Shown piece after piece: positions 26,747-42,706 of a DNA stretch of 64,000 nt (positions within the stretch are counted from its first letter, which is position 1; each line of letters starts with the position of its first letter). The translations under genes and the position numbers were made by a program. Source of the DNA: the human T2T-CHM13v2.0 reference genome, Homo sapiens; the NCBI RefSeq assembly GCF_009914755.1, contig NC_060925.1, one strand, 5' to 3'. Under the pieces are notes generated by a model. The model had not been told where the DNA came from. It worked only from the letters and a program-made list of their open reading frames with translations, and searched no databases.

Positions 26747-29569
26747 AGTAGATGCAATTTTAAATAGGAAGGTGGAAAGGCTTCACCTATAACATTTTAT
26801 TTTGAATGTTGCAAATATAGAACTTTGTATTTTTAAAGTACATAAAAACTGTTTCTTCATGTGGCTTTACGTCACTGTTTGATTGCAGTCTAACAATTTA
26901 TTTACACTGTTTCACATATTAAGACTTTTGGTTAGATTCCATAAATCTTCATTTTATAATAATTATAGTTTCTTGGAAGATAAGTCACTAGGTCAAATTT
27001 TGAGAAAAAAAATTCAAAGTGATTAAGGTGATTCACTAAATTGATCATCAAAAGAGTTGTCTGATTTACCATTAATTTTGCTTGTAAAGTGTTAGTTTTA
27101 TTTTACAATATCCTCAACTATATTTAGAGCAATAGCCTCAATATTGTCAGAAAATATTAAAGTACTGCCTTATTGTAGTATGTGTTTTTCAATAGAAAGC
27201 TTGAACTTTATCCCAAATATTTTCATACTTATAATTCTGTTTTTAAAATATAATAAATCCTGTAATCATTAGCTAAGTATTGTTTTCTACTTTATACATT
27301 TCAAATAAAATTTTAAATAAAATAAATAAAATTTGTTATTTTACAGATACTCATCCTATTACATCAGAAAATTTTTCTTTTATATCGGAGATTTTTATTT
27401 ATAGAGCATTTCAATTTTTAGAAAGTCTTGTCACCAGTCGTCTTTATTGATTTTTCCCCCTACCGATTCTAAACACAAGCAACTTTCTTCTTCATTGCTT
27501 GGTTAGGTAATAGGTTTTCCCCTTTTCTGAGTTTGTGTGTGTGTATGTGATCGCTGCTGTTGTCTACTTCTAACTTCTTTGGGCCTTTGAAATGAGGTAG
27601 CAGTCTAGTGGTTTTCTTTTCTATAATTGCTAAACAGCACCATTTTATGGTTACATTTGAGCTTTCTTAGCTGAGAAACCTAATTTCATTCTTGACTCTG
27701 AATTTCATCACAAATATCACTAAAATATGATGCTGTAATGATTAGAAAATGGGCTCAAAGCATAATCACTAAAATTAGTTGATCAGAAGTTCTGCAATTT
27801 TGAGTAGTTTTAGTAGTTGGTCCCCCTCATCAACTTTTTTATTCCATATCACATCTCTGAATTCATTTTGACAATGCTTCTTGATTTCAATCTCCTCATT
27901 AGATTTGCCTTTGCCTCAATATATTCATTAGTTTCCTTATAAAGTCTTACTTTTAAATGTGTTTCCTATCGAACTGAAATGATATGTTTTCAATATGAAA
28001 CTCACACAGGTACTTATTCAAATTTAATATTGCCTTGAGGACTTTAATTCAATAACTTAGTTGATTGATTTTTCTAAAAGTATAGGATTATACAGTATCA
28101 TATTGTTAATGTATTATTCTCATATCAGTATATAAAAAAACCATGAGCAAAAGCACACTCTACTCAATCTAATTACATTTCAAGGATTAATAGCTTATGA
28201 TCAAATGAGTTCCTAAATATATTGATGATAAAAATGTCACTCTCACTTAACGGAATTTGTATGGAGAGCAAGAATAAAAATGTGCTCTCAAGACTTTACA
28301 ATGCCTGTTTCATATTATAATCACAATATAAGTTGAGTTACATTGTGAACGTTACATTTACTTGATTGTTCAGCATTTTTCTCAAAGAAGGGCAAACTTT
28401 GATTGACCTGTTATTAACACATATCTGGGGACTCTTCTGTAATCTACTCTGTATTACCCATTTCATCATCAACTTATCCTTGGCAACTATCATGTGTAAC
28501 TTTTGGCTTCTCTCCAATACTGTATAGGACAGTCTAACTAGTAACCAGATTATTATTCATCTCCCCCACTCCTTTCCCTGGAATTTTCTTTATCTTGCTT
28601 GAGTATGTTGAGTAGGAAGATTTCTGGAGAAATCATTAAAATGTTGAAACCTAAAAGGTTCTTTATACTTTCTTACAATGAAAACTTATTTTCAAAAAAA
28701 ATTAACTTTTTATATGTGGGATAATTTGTTATTTCCTGGCTCTTTAATGCAAGTTAACACAATGAGATTAACTGCTAGCTCAGGTCAAGATTAGAATGAA
28801 TGATATTTCTAATTGGTAAATCAGAAAAAGGAAAGGAAATGAGGACATATTTTGAGGACATATTTCACCTAAGAAAGTCTTGCGAAAGAGCAAGCCTCGG
28901 TGATCAATTAATGAAGATTGACAGAACAAAGGTTCTCCATTGGAATAAGTAAGATTATGGTAGAGGACATAAAGTGTAAACATGTTTAATAGAACTTTAT
29001 TGTTAGCTAAGATGTCTTTTAAAATGTGATGTCTATAAACTTCAAATTATGTTATTAATAGTTCAAACCTGTGTCTCTAAATCTTGAGAATTCTTATGTG
29101 TGACAAAGAAGGAAGCCCTTTTAGCTGACTGGGCTTGAGGATCATACAAACTCGTTTTTCAGAAGAGTTGACAGTTTTATCTATTCTCACAGACATACTT
29201 AAAAATATATCTTTTTAAATTCTCAAATGTGCCAGTCATTAATGGTGAGTGAAAAGTAGTTAGAAATGGCATCTTTTTTCTTACAGCTTCATTATGAGCA
29301 CTTTTGTGTAACTCCTACTGGTCTACAAGTTTCAGAGGGACATAGGGACCTTATTTTTAAAACCTACATGTCTTCATCTGTCTAAAGCTGTATAAACAAT
29401 AATGAAGATCAATACTGAAACACGAGAATATGTGTTTTGGAAAAATGAAAAATTATTCTGTATGTTGCAATAGAGAGTAAGCTCCTACTGTTCAAAGTGA
29501 ATGTGTGTGTATATGTGTGTAAACATATGAAGATCTGATCCTTTTCTGAGCATATCATTCTCAAAAGCA

Positions 29570-29816
29570 CCATAGCTTAGTCAGTGAAAGTACATGGCCT
29601 TAGATTCTGACAGCCCCGCCAGCAAACCTCAACTCATTTGACAATTTTTGTTCCTAGTCGATTGCTATAAATTTTTATAAATTTGTAGTTGATTGCTATA
29701 AATTTTCAAGGCAATGCTACTTATTTGCACAATGGTAATATTTGTACTTCCTGAACAGAGTACTGGCATGCTATAAAATTAATATGATATAGATAGTACA
29801 TGGTAGTTGCTCAACT
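29570..29816 (+). mobile_element. MIR remnant
   Basis: CATAGCTTAG...GCCTTAGATTCTGACAG start and GTACATGGTAGTTGCTCAA end. Confidence 0.45.
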
Positions 29817-31199
29817 GATGAAAGGAATTATTAAATATTACTTCAATGCCATAGGAAATACAGTAAATATCATAGTTGATGACATTTACAAATATGTTTA
29901 TGGTTGTTTCACTCATATGTAAAATCTGTCCTCATTAAGATAACATTCTAAATGATAATACTTACTTCAAAAGTGTGTTGATAATTCAAATTGATCAAAA
30001 TATCCACTCGTATGTTCTACCAGACACTGTACTATGTACTGGAATAATGTGAATATACAAACTAACATTCATGTGCTCTAAGTTTAAGTAATATAATTTG
30101 AGATATTCAAATACAGAAAAAATAAATCACTGAGAGAACCTGAAGAAGATAGTCATCCAGATAATGTGAATTTGGACCTAGAAGATGAGCATTTATGGTA
30201 GATCTTTAAAGATGAGAAAAATCATATTTGGTTTAGAATGGCAACAATTCAACATTTTAATATGGCCGGTATCAAAACGACAGTTCTAAATACATTTAAG
30301 ATGAATGCCACTTATGAATTTATCAAAACTCTCCACATTTTACAATTTAGATACATGATGTATGATATATATTACAAATGCATATAGAAACAAAAGACTC
30401 TATTACTTCAAAAATATTTATCTGCATTAAAATTTGCCCATGGCATATAGTGGTTTACTCATTTTGATAAAGTTCTATATTATATAATTCTGACATCTAT
30501 TAAACTTACAAAAACAAAGAGAAACATTGATCTAGTGCATATAACTATTGTGTGTGCATTTCTGTGCTCATATACCAGCATTAGGTACTATGAACTATCT
30601 GAAATCATGAGCATATTTATTTCTAATTCTTGTCACATATAAGGTCATTTTGACTGGGAGATTTTTTTTACCTCTCCCTATAAACCAGAGACATCAAAAT
30701 GATCAAAGGATCAAAGAACATAACACCTAAGAGGTCACTGTGGCACAATTATGATTTTCTTTTAGAGGTGGCGTTTAAAATACTGTATTGCAATGACAAG
30801 AACCTCTTTTGACAGGGGAAGAAAATGCATAACACTAAGCAATTTTTGTGACAGCAACTTTAGCTAGAATATGAAGTCATTTTTTTTTCATTCTTAAGGT
30901 TACAATAACACATAGTTTTATTTGTAGAAATAAAAGCAAACTACCCAGGAATAGTTGGAAAGGTATGGGGAATGGAGTTCATAGACTTCCACCTAGCAGA
31001 TAACAATTTTTTTGGTTGTTTATTTTAATGCAATTGGTTGTAATAAACTGCTACATTAAATGTGGGTTAAGTATAAACTAAGACAATACTTACTGCAATT
31101 TGATATACAACATCAGTGTAATAATATTCAAAATCAATAGCAGTGTAATAATATTCAAAATCAAATACTAGGTATTTAAAAGTAATTAAAATCAAATAA

Positions 31200-31610
31200 T
31201 CTGCAAACTATCATAATTTAAATGAATTTAACAAGGCCACTCACTAGATAACAAAGTCAACATACTTTTGTAGCAACAGAACCTCTATATATTAGCAAAA
31301 AACAAATACAAAAAACACCTAAGAATAAATCTTATGAAAGACGTGCAAGAACACTTTGCTGAAAACCACAAAAATAGCTATAATAAACTTAACAAAAAAC
31401 TTAAATGAAGAAATATACCATGTTAATGAATAGGAAGATTCAATATTGTAAAGATGTCAAGTGGCCTCCTGATTGGTCTACATATTTAATGAAATCTAAT
31501 CAAACTCTAGCACTTTATTTCATTGAAATTGACTAGCTGACTCTAAAATGTTTTTTATTTCTTCCTTTCTCAATCTTTATGCCCTATTTCTTGCCAAATT
31601 GCTGTGGCTG
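31200..31610 (+). mobile_element. Old L1M ORF2 fragment; last ~60 bp antisense
   Basis: CCTAAGAATAAATCTTATGAAAGACGTGCAAGA...GGAAGATTCAATATTGTAAAGATGTCAA...GAAATTGACTAGCTGACTCTAAAAT. Confidence 0.75.
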
Positions 31611-31617
31611 CGCAATT

Positions 31618-31686
31618 CTATTAGGTCGTTCTCACACAGTTAATAAAGACATACCTGAGACTGGGTAATTTATAAAGGAAAAAAAG
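31618..31686 (-). mobile_element. Truncated THE1 LTR end (about 70 bp)
   Basis: TAATAAAGACATACCTGAGACTGGGTAATTTATAAAGGAAA. Confidence 0.8.
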
Positions 31687-32257
31687 TAATTAAAATCATA
31701 TTGTAATGTCAGAATTATCTTAAAATTTTATGAGGCAGTATGTTAGTATATAAAATATTGGATTTGCATTTATAAACGCCTAAGGATTTATTAGTATTTT
31801 TAAATAATATGTTTCTTGGTAAGTATTATTCATCAACATAAAATCTTCTGAATAGCCATAAAGGAGATGTATTTTGTTAATTGGAGAAAAAAAAAGCAAA
31901 CAGCTGAGATTAGTAACTCTCACAGCATTTCACAAAAAGAAGAGGAATATAATTTTCCTTTTTGATAATAAACTAGTAACTAATTGGCACAAAAAATGAA
32001 AACAGTCTGGGGACCTGGTTACTTGTGGCAACAGAAAGTCATTCCATTCATATTTTCTGACAGCTGTGTAAACTACAGCTTTTATCACAAATACTGAAGA
32101 AAACATGAGACTACACAAAAGGCTCAGACTCTCTTTAAATCATTTAAATATTATTACCTCTTTGAAGCTTATGACCCACTTTGCTTTGTAAAACAGAACA
32201 TGTTTGTGTAACAGAGAGAGAAAGAAAGAGAAAGAGAGCTTCATTGTCATAGATAGT

Positions 32258-32690
32258 TGTCATAGGATTACTACTCTAAATCTTCACCTGTTAACATACC
32301 TATGTCCTACGCCATGTGATGTGACCCTGGAGTTCCTTCCACTAGAGACTGGATTTACTTCCCACCACTTGACTTCAAACCCACTGAGGTAACGTGCTTT
32401 ATCCATTGAAATATTAGCAAAACTGTAACAAGCATATTTTAAGGCAGGTTTTTGTTGTATCTTCCTGCTCTTGCCATGAGAATGAAACAGCTTGGAACAC
32501 CACTTCTACAAGAAGAATGAAAATCATAAGGAGTAGATGTAAATCAACACCGAGAATCATCTATATCACCCAAACACAAGCCAAACAAAGTATGTGTGAG
32601 CAACATAAATAATTGCTGATTATTTTTTAGGCTATAGAGTTTTGTTCTGATTTTGTTGTGACGTATTACGGCAATAGCGAACTGAGATAT
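32258..32690 (+). mobile_element. Old MLT1 (H/I-like) solo LTR
   Basis: GCCATGTGA...AGTTCCTTCCACTAGAG...TTGCCATGAGAA...GGCAATAGCGAACTGAGATA. Confidence 0.6.
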
Positions 32691-32754
32691 AAACAAATTA
32701 ATATATATACAGAAATAATCGCCAGAAAATAGAAATTATTTTTATGCCTTACCT

Positions 32755-33430
32755 TTTCAAACAGCTTGAGATTTAATCCACACAGCACCCAATTCACCCA
32801 GTTAAAGTGTGAAATTTAATGGCTTTTAGCATATTCATAGAGTTGTGCCATCTTCACCACAACCAATATTTGAACATTTTCAACACGTCCCAAAATATTG
32901 TGTGTCTTCACACTCACTCCTCTTTTCTGCCCCAATCTTATCCACCTCAACCATAAGGAACTACTAATCTATATTCATTGCAACTCTGCAATAGATGTAA
33001 ATAAATTTCGTATTTTATCAGACTTCTCTTGTCCTTTAAATAAAAAGTCACTCTATTGAGAGATACTTCAGATACCATAGAATTCAGACATTTAATGTGT
33101 AAAATTCTATGGTCTTTAGTAGAGTCACAAAGTTGTGCAATTCCCACCATAATCTATTTCTGGAAAATTGTTATTGCCCCCAAATGAAACCATGTGATTA
33201 ATTAGAAGCCACTGTTTATTTGCCTATTCTGAACATTTCCTATAAATACATCACACAATATGTTGTATTTGGGGTATTTGGTGACTCTTTTCTGTTACTT
33301 GGCACACACTTTCAAGGTTTATCCATTTTACTGCATGTATCAGTATTTCAACATTTTTATTGCCAGTAATATTCCATTGTATGGATATACAGCATTTTAT
33401 TTATCCATTTGAATATTCATTGAACAATGG
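32755..33430 (-). mobile_element. Two adjacent L1MB-type 3' ends (about 32755-33010 and 33045-33430)
   Basis: Both begin with TTGAGA...AATTCA...TTAA(A/T)GTGT...AGTTGTGC(C/A)A, the antisense L1MB terminus. Confidence 0.7.
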
Positions 33431-33513
33431 AGTTTAATATATTTTATATACTAAATCAATAAAGTTAAAATCAACCCACAGAATGGGTGATTTGTAAATC
33501 ATATATATGATAA

Positions 33514-33854
<341 letters not shown>

Positions 33855-33895
33855 TATAAAATATTCTTATAACTCAATAATAAAAAAGACAAATA

Positions 33896-34213
<318 letters not shown>

Positions 34214-34264
34214 TTATTTACTTATTAGGATAAATAATTGAATTTAGCAATAATTAATAATAAT

Positions 34265-34790
34265 TATCTGTAGATTCCTTCGTATTTTCTGTATACACAA
34301 TCATATTTCTAGAAATAATAGCACATATGTCTTTCTAACCATTATTTATTTTATTTCCTCTTCTAGACTGATATTGTGAGCTAGATCCTCTAACACCATG
34401 ATGACTAGAACTGGTAATTGACTTTTCTTGTTTGCAATTTCAGTATTCCACAATTCTGTAGAGAGTGGCAGCAAATCTTATTGAATTAATTTCCATTGTC
34501 TTCTAAATGAGCATTGGGCTTTTCAAATACTTAGTACATTGATAATATCACATTATTTTTCTACCTCATTTAATGTGGCAAATTCTATATAATACTTATA
34601 AAATGCTAAAACAAATATACTTTTTTAGCAAAAATGTAATTTGGTTAAGAGGGATCTTCCTTCCTAAACAATGTTTGATTCAATTGGTTGACTGTTTTCA
34701 AGACATTCACATCTATATTTATGAGAGATATCAATCTATAATTGTTTTATCAAAATATTCTTGCCTGACTCACTTGAAGAATATAATTGT
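34265..34790 (-). mobile_element. Old L1M ORF2 fragment
   Basis: TGTAGATTCCTT...TTTTCTGTATACACAATCATAT...GCTAGATCCTCTAACAC. Confidence 0.6.
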
Positions 34791-34904
34791 CATTTTTTAT
34801 AATAGAAAATGTAGAAGCATATGAGAAGTTTCTTTGTAGGCTTCTTAAGTCAAAGATTATTTCCCATCCAAGGGATTATGTCAAGTAGACAATTGTAAGG
34901 ATGA

Positions 34905-35600
34905 GTCTGAAGTTCAGTCATGACCAGGCTTCATTGCTTGAAATTGCTTTGGAGTATACGGGATGGGTAGATATTTATAGTGTTTAAAACCAGAAGACTC
35001 AGTTCACTCACCTAAAGAAGAAGCATAGAAAGAAAATACAGCTAAAGATACATCCCTAATACTATCAAATTTAAAGTTTAATGAAAGGAAGAGGAACAAT
35101 AAAAGGAATTGCCAGTATTCCCCTGAAAACAGAGAGAGAATGGAGACCTGGAAGCCAAAGGAAGAAAGAGGCACATGCTTCTGAGAGACCCATTTGCTTG
35201 AGAACTGAGGACTGCAAATTGCTCGGGGAACTGGCAGTATCCAGGTGAGTGATAAATGTGAAGAAAGCTGTTGAAATGCAGTGGTAGAGAGTAGAGCAGA
35301 ACATCCAATTAGATTTTGGTCTAAGGGATGTTAGAGAGAAACTAAAGAAATTGGGTACACAAAATATTTTGGAGGAGTTTTCCTTTACAGTTGAGGAGCG
35401 AAATGTGAGATACCTGGAGGAGGATCTGGAGATAACGATGGCTTTGATTTGGTTTTTGTTTTTATGACTTCAGTTAACATAACATATATGTATCTGTATG
35501 CCAGTGATTCAGTACACTGGGAAAACTGCGTGAGTGGGGAAAGAGGGGCAATTTTTAGTATGACATCTTTGAGTACTCAAGAGTAGATGGGATATAGAGA
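34905..35600 (-). mobile_element. L2 fragment
   Basis: GTCTGAAGTTCAG, CCTGGAAGCCAAAGGAAGAAA, AGAACTGAGGACTG, TTGAAATGCAGTGGTAG, GGAGTTTTCCT antisense L2-like motifs. Confidence 0.6.
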
Positions 35601-36268
35601 AAGCGGTAAGTAAAAAGTCAGTTTTACATAGTATTCAACTCATTCCTAAATTCTACATTATCTGAGCTGTGCTTGATATTATATCCTAAATTCAGTCAGA
35701 GACAGCCTGTGAAACATCTCTGTAATTTCTGTTTCTGCTGAAGACATTGACGATGGTATGTCTCACTTCTTTCTGTATGTGACCTATATTTATTCCAAAA
35801 TTTATTATTGAAAGGAAAAGTTTTGAATAATTTGTTTGTCCTTATTTTTCTCTGAAATCTTCGAAGAAAAGCTTATTATATGTGAGATCATATTTTTAAA
35901 AAACTGTCAAAATAAATAATATTTAATTTATTTATTTTAATAGATTTTATTCTTTTATATTTTAATAGATTAAATTAGACAGATATATTTTAAGCACATG
36001 TAAGCTGTATAATTAAATACATGGTGAGGTAGAATTCTATTGAATAGTATTATCTAATTAGAGAACAAAATGAAATATGATACAGATACTTTACTATCAA
36101 GAAATAATTTTACCATTTTCTCAAATTGACCTTATATTTATAAATATGTTTCCTAATGACTATAAATGAGTGAATTATTGTTTTTATGTTCATTATAACA
36201 ATCATTGTTACCCAGTCATTACTGTCATGGGTAATATGGGATAGTCATGAGATTGTCATTATTGTCAT

Positions 36269-36454
36269 GGGATGGGTAGACATTTATAGTGTTTAAAGCC
36301 GGAAGACTTAGTTCACTCACCTAACGAAGAAGCATAGAAAGAAAATACAACTAAAGATGCATCCTTAATACTATAAAATTTAAAGTTTAATGAAAGGAAG
36401 AGGAACAATGAAAGGAATTACCAGTATTCCCCTGAAAACAGAGAGAGAATGGAG
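36269..36454 (+). repeat. 186-bp dispersed direct copy of 34960-35145
   Basis: Ungapped alignment with 11 mismatches by my count (about 94% identity); flanked by TTATTGTCATGGG on both sides. Confidence 0.95.
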
Positions 36455-37236
36455 CTTATTGTCATGGGGCTTACAGTCCAATGGATTCTTCCATGGACTG
36501 TTACAAGGACATTCCATGGAATGTTATAGGGACAGTGATAGTGGCATGTACAAAACCCTAAGGGAGCACAGGGCAGACTAATATATATTACTCTGCGTTG
36601 GATAAGGGAAGGCTTCCAAGATAAGTGCTTATAAGCCTACATTTTGAAGAATGAGTGTACAATAATTTAAGTAAATAAGGTAATGTAAGAGCAAGTGACA
36701 AAGAGAATGTTTTTATATTTTCTAAAAATAACAATTGCATAAATAAAAACATTTTAACCAAATTACTCATAAGTAAAGAAATAAAAGAACCTCAAATTAA
36801 TGCTATGAAATTTTAAATATATATGATTTTATTTTCATGATCAGAAAGTGCATAGAAATTGCAAGGAAAAAGTTGGAGAATCATATACCCCCTAAAAGAA
36901 TGCAGGCACTATATAGGAAGAGAACACTAAAGTTTGGCAGTATTAAATACGTTATGTGTATTTAATAGAAATTATTTCTCCTTATAAAAACTCATTCAGT
37001 TTTACCCAGAGATTTCTAAAACTTATTTTAAAATAAAAAGTTTTATATTTATCTTGTTTAAATAAGAGAGAACTTTTTAATGTTTCATCTTATGCAAACT
37101 TTCTATTATAATTTATTTGTTATAATAATTTGTTGGGTACTCTATAATTCAAGTCAGGTAATATGCTAGATGTTCAAAGAATATAGAAATGAGTAACAGA
37201 CAACTGCTATTAAGGAGTTTAAAAAGTGTGTGTTTT

Positions 37237-37274
37237 TGTGTGTGTGTGTGTGTCTGCACACACACACACACACA
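37237..37274. repeat. (TG)8-TCTG-(CA)9 self-complementary microsatellite
   Basis: Read directly from the sequence. Confidence 0.9.
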
Positions 37275-37634
37275 GAAAATTCACAGGTATATATTATATT
37301 CATTAATTCTTCCAAGCTAGGCTACGAATAGGCTTTTTTAACCCACATTACTTTGCGCATTTATAGAATAATGTAGGGAAATCCAGAAGAGGCTTCATAA
37401 AGAAAAGACAATTTAAGACTGATCTTGCAGATTTGATTTTGACAAGCAATGACTGGGGTTGGGGTAGAGGAAAGGGCATTCTGTTGATTGGATTCATGCG
37501 ATTAAAGTCACAATGATGGGGTGGGGCAGATGTCTTCTGTAACCAGAAAGTCAAATTTTGCTAGTAATTAAATCATGTGGATTGTCAAGTATGTAATCTC
37601 TATGCCAAATATGTTGTATTGTTTCTATACTTCT

Positions 37635-37890
37635 ATTCACTCATTAATTCCACAAACATTTATTGATCTTCTATTACATTCCAGAAAGGACAGCACAATT
37701 TATGGATACAAAAGTAAAGGAAACATAACCTATAGCAAATAAATATATTTTAATAGGAAAAATGACACATAAACAACTGCAGTATCATGTGATAATTAGT
37801 ATACAATAACAATATTGCAAGTGAAAGTAGCACATAATTAGAGGAATGGGGAAGGTGGTATGGGAAAACCCATCCTGAGTTTTGGTTCTG
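37635..37890 (-). mobile_element. L2 3' end
   Basis: ATTCACTCATTAATTCCACAAACATTTATTGATC...GGATACAAAAG. Confidence 0.6.
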
Positions 37891-39249
37891 AAATTTAAAT
37901 ACCACCTTATTGATAGAATAAACGTTTCTCTGTTAACTACAGGACTATACTGGAAAACAGGTTGAACTGGTCAAAAATCTACAATTTAAATTCTGGCTTG
38001 TTTATTTATTATTTCCTAAATGAACTCAGCCAACAGAGCTGACTGACAGATGAAGCGGTCCAAGAGTTTTGATTTTCTTAAGTCAGTAATTGGAATCTTA
38101 GCAGTATGTGGTTAACAAAACCACACATTATCCAAAGTAGGTAGATTTACCTGTTCACAGAATCTCTGAGGGCATTGTAAATATTATCCAGAAACGTCCA
38201 CTACCTTTAATTGCATCACACATGACATTTATGGTTTCAAAAGTTTTGGAGCAGCATTAATTTTAATCTCTATGGTTTGAAATTGCACGAGAAAATCAAT
38301 AGAGCTTGTTTTATGACAGTTCAAATATTGCAGTTTTGGACATTGAATATTAGGTCTGTTTTAAATATTCTTTTCATATTAATTAATACTAAAAATTATA
38401 CTTGTTTTTCTGTCAATGCCATAATATTGTAACAACATTTTTATTAGTTTTTAGGAGCTTAAATATTAATGCAAATGAATTCATTTAAAATTGTATATGA
38501 TAATATACTATAAAATAATTAAGTTATAATATACTTCGACTAATTTTATATTTCTAATTCATGTCCTAGAAATATCCTTTTATGGAGTCACTTTGTATTG
38601 AAAAACTTTCTACATTTATATCTATTATGAGCCTGTAATATCTATATTTTATCTCAAAAATGTTATATTAAAAATTACATTTTTATGTTTGAAAACCTAT
38701 AGAATATGTTTTGTCTCCAAGGCATCACTTCTATTATGCATATTTTAATATTCATCACTTAAATTTATGCAAGTTATTTTCTCACTACACTTTACAACTC
38801 ATTAATACTGACTTTAAAATAAATAGAAATAGGAAATTACCAAGATAGCCTCAGAATAAGTATATTCACAAAATATTACAATTAGCACTATATCTCACTA
38901 ACTTATGCAAAATATAATGTATTTATTGTTAGTATTTCATTGTTTTTAGTAATATAATGATGAATTACACAAACTTCTATCAAAACAAATTTTGTTTTGT
39001 CATTGTTACTCCTAAAAGATAAATCCTCCCAGTTAGATCTTTATAAATTGGTGGATTATTTTACTGTTTTTTAGTACATTTCTGCAAAGGAGGCACATTT
39101 TAACTGACTGCCTCTTACTTTCAAAGTTTTCTACCTACTAAAAAAAGTTTACATCTCTCTGTTTTGGTACAAATGTCCCTGGAGATCCCCTGCAACATTT
39201 GATCAGCTTGGTCCCTAACCAAAAGGTGACATGAAGGACATTTGTGTCG

Positions 39250-39396
39250 TTACTTCACTTTTTCACCCATGGGGCATAAAAAGAGCAATACAAATCCAAT
39301 TTCCAACCGTATTCAATTGTGAGAATAAAGTGAAATAATATTTGAAAGTGCTTTGAAAACTATAAAGCACTGTGACAATATAAAGCATTGTTATTG
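39250..39396 (+). mobile_element. MIR/MIR3 3' part
   Basis: TTGTGAGAATAAAGTGAAATAATATTTGAAAGTGCTTTGAAAACTATAAAGCACT. Confidence 0.65.
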
Positions 39397-39694
39397 GTAT
39401 TAGGTAAAGGACATTTTTCAGTCTTTGTTACATTTCCCTTCATCCTGAAAGTTGTTACTTTACATTGTATTCTCACTACCTCTGATTTCTATTCCTCACT
39501 AAAACTGTTCATCAAATTCAGGGCAAGTTTCAGAGAAACAACCACAATCATTGGGCTCCTTTAATTTCAGTTTTAGATGCAGAATTTACAGAAGTTCTGC
39601 ATATATCCATAGACAAATTTGAGCAGAGATTCAATGGACTTTACTCAATTTGATTCAATGATCAATTTGACTTGGCAGGCGCAACAGAATGTAT

Positions 39695-40160
<466 letters not shown>

Positions 40161-40231
40161 CTGTGGAAAGCTAGTATAGGATAGTATGATAATAGTGTGT
40201 AGTACAAGCCCAGATTTTAAGTAAATTGTAG

Positions 40232-40507
<276 letters not shown>

Positions 40508-42088
40508 AAACATATTTTTAAGGAAAAAATATATTATACATTTTTTGGTTTCATGATTAAAGGGCTCAAAGCTTTTTCATTGAAATCATATTTTAACATT
40601 AATTAAATGAGTTACAAATTTATCCAGTTTTTCTTATTTTTCTTATTTGAAACATAGGTGATGTACCAATTTATATTTGAGTGCCATATTTTAAATGTTA
40701 CCTAATAACAGTGGATATAGAATAGGTGAATAGTAAAAGCCTAAGATGCTACAGCCAGATAGATGTGGAGTATCATTTTAGTAGTAGTATCCAATACCTA
40801 TGTCTACTCATGATATAGATTAAACCTGGAAATCATTTTTCCTCACAAAAGCTAGAGCAGAAGGAATCTGTGTGTTTTCCACCCTGCCTCAACACCCAGC
40901 AGAGATACACGATGACAAAATTCAGGAATTAGGTGCTGTAGACAATTAGTGAGAAAGCTTAAAATTCAAGGCATTAGTTGAGGTGTGGTTACAGAATCAG
41001 AACCACTTAAAATGATAAGGAATAAGAAATCTACTGGAGGTACGATACCCTATATCATTGTAGGGTCTGTTCAAGTAGTCTGTATAAAGATGTTGCTTTT
41101 TGGTCGGTTGTTGGGTCTGAAACAAGCAGGACCAACAGCTGAGAAGTTGAACATAAAACGTTGAATAATAAGGACTCACTGGCCCTAACGATGACAATCT
41201 GAAACTGAAAAGAACAAACTGAAATATGCATCTGTTACCATCTACAATTTCAGTGGCATAGTTGATCCATGAATTAAATTGGCACTCTTCACCAAGGAGT
41301 CACCATTGTGTTTGGCCCATGATTTTAGAAGAGTTGAAGAAGGAGATCTGGTGGGAGTTATGGAGTTATGAACATGGCTGCTACTCCACAGCAAGTCACT
41401 CAGCGGATGAATGACAATGCGTGGGAACTGCAATAGCACTTGGCTTTCACTAACCCTCAGAAAGTAAAAATGCACTACTTCACTTCTGCCTTTCCAAATC
41501 TTATGTAAACTGCTGTTTGATCAATTCTAATTTAGAGCCATGTGAGGAAGAAAAATCACATTTATGTTTAACACGATGCTATTCACCTACATATAACCAC
41601 AAACACAAACACCCCTCCCAAGAATAATACAAATTCCTATTTTTTCCCTAAATGATAATAAAATGTTCACTCTTCTGCTAGCTGAATTACCTTCTCTCTT
41701 GTAATAACCTGTAACTTAAATGGTAGATATAAAATTACCTGAAAATTACATTTATTAACTAGTAGAACAAAACAAAAGATAAATAGAAAGTAGTATATTA
41801 GTATATATACAAATACATTCTGATCAAAATAAGGAAGATATATTCATAGCAATTGCATTCCTCATTTCTGCAACTGGACACATTGTCACAGTTTATATTT
41901 TTAAAGGTGTCCGTTATTAACTACTCAATACACATTTCTTTCCCCTTAGCAAGTAATTCAGGTGGTCATGGATGCTTGCTTGGTGGACTTGCCCAAAGCT
42001 TCGGTCCTGAGGAACCTGGGTCATTATCTGCACTCTTAACTTTGGGTTGTTGTAGATTTCCATTTTCTGTAATCACAGGACATGGTAG

Positions 42089-42706
<618 letters not shown>

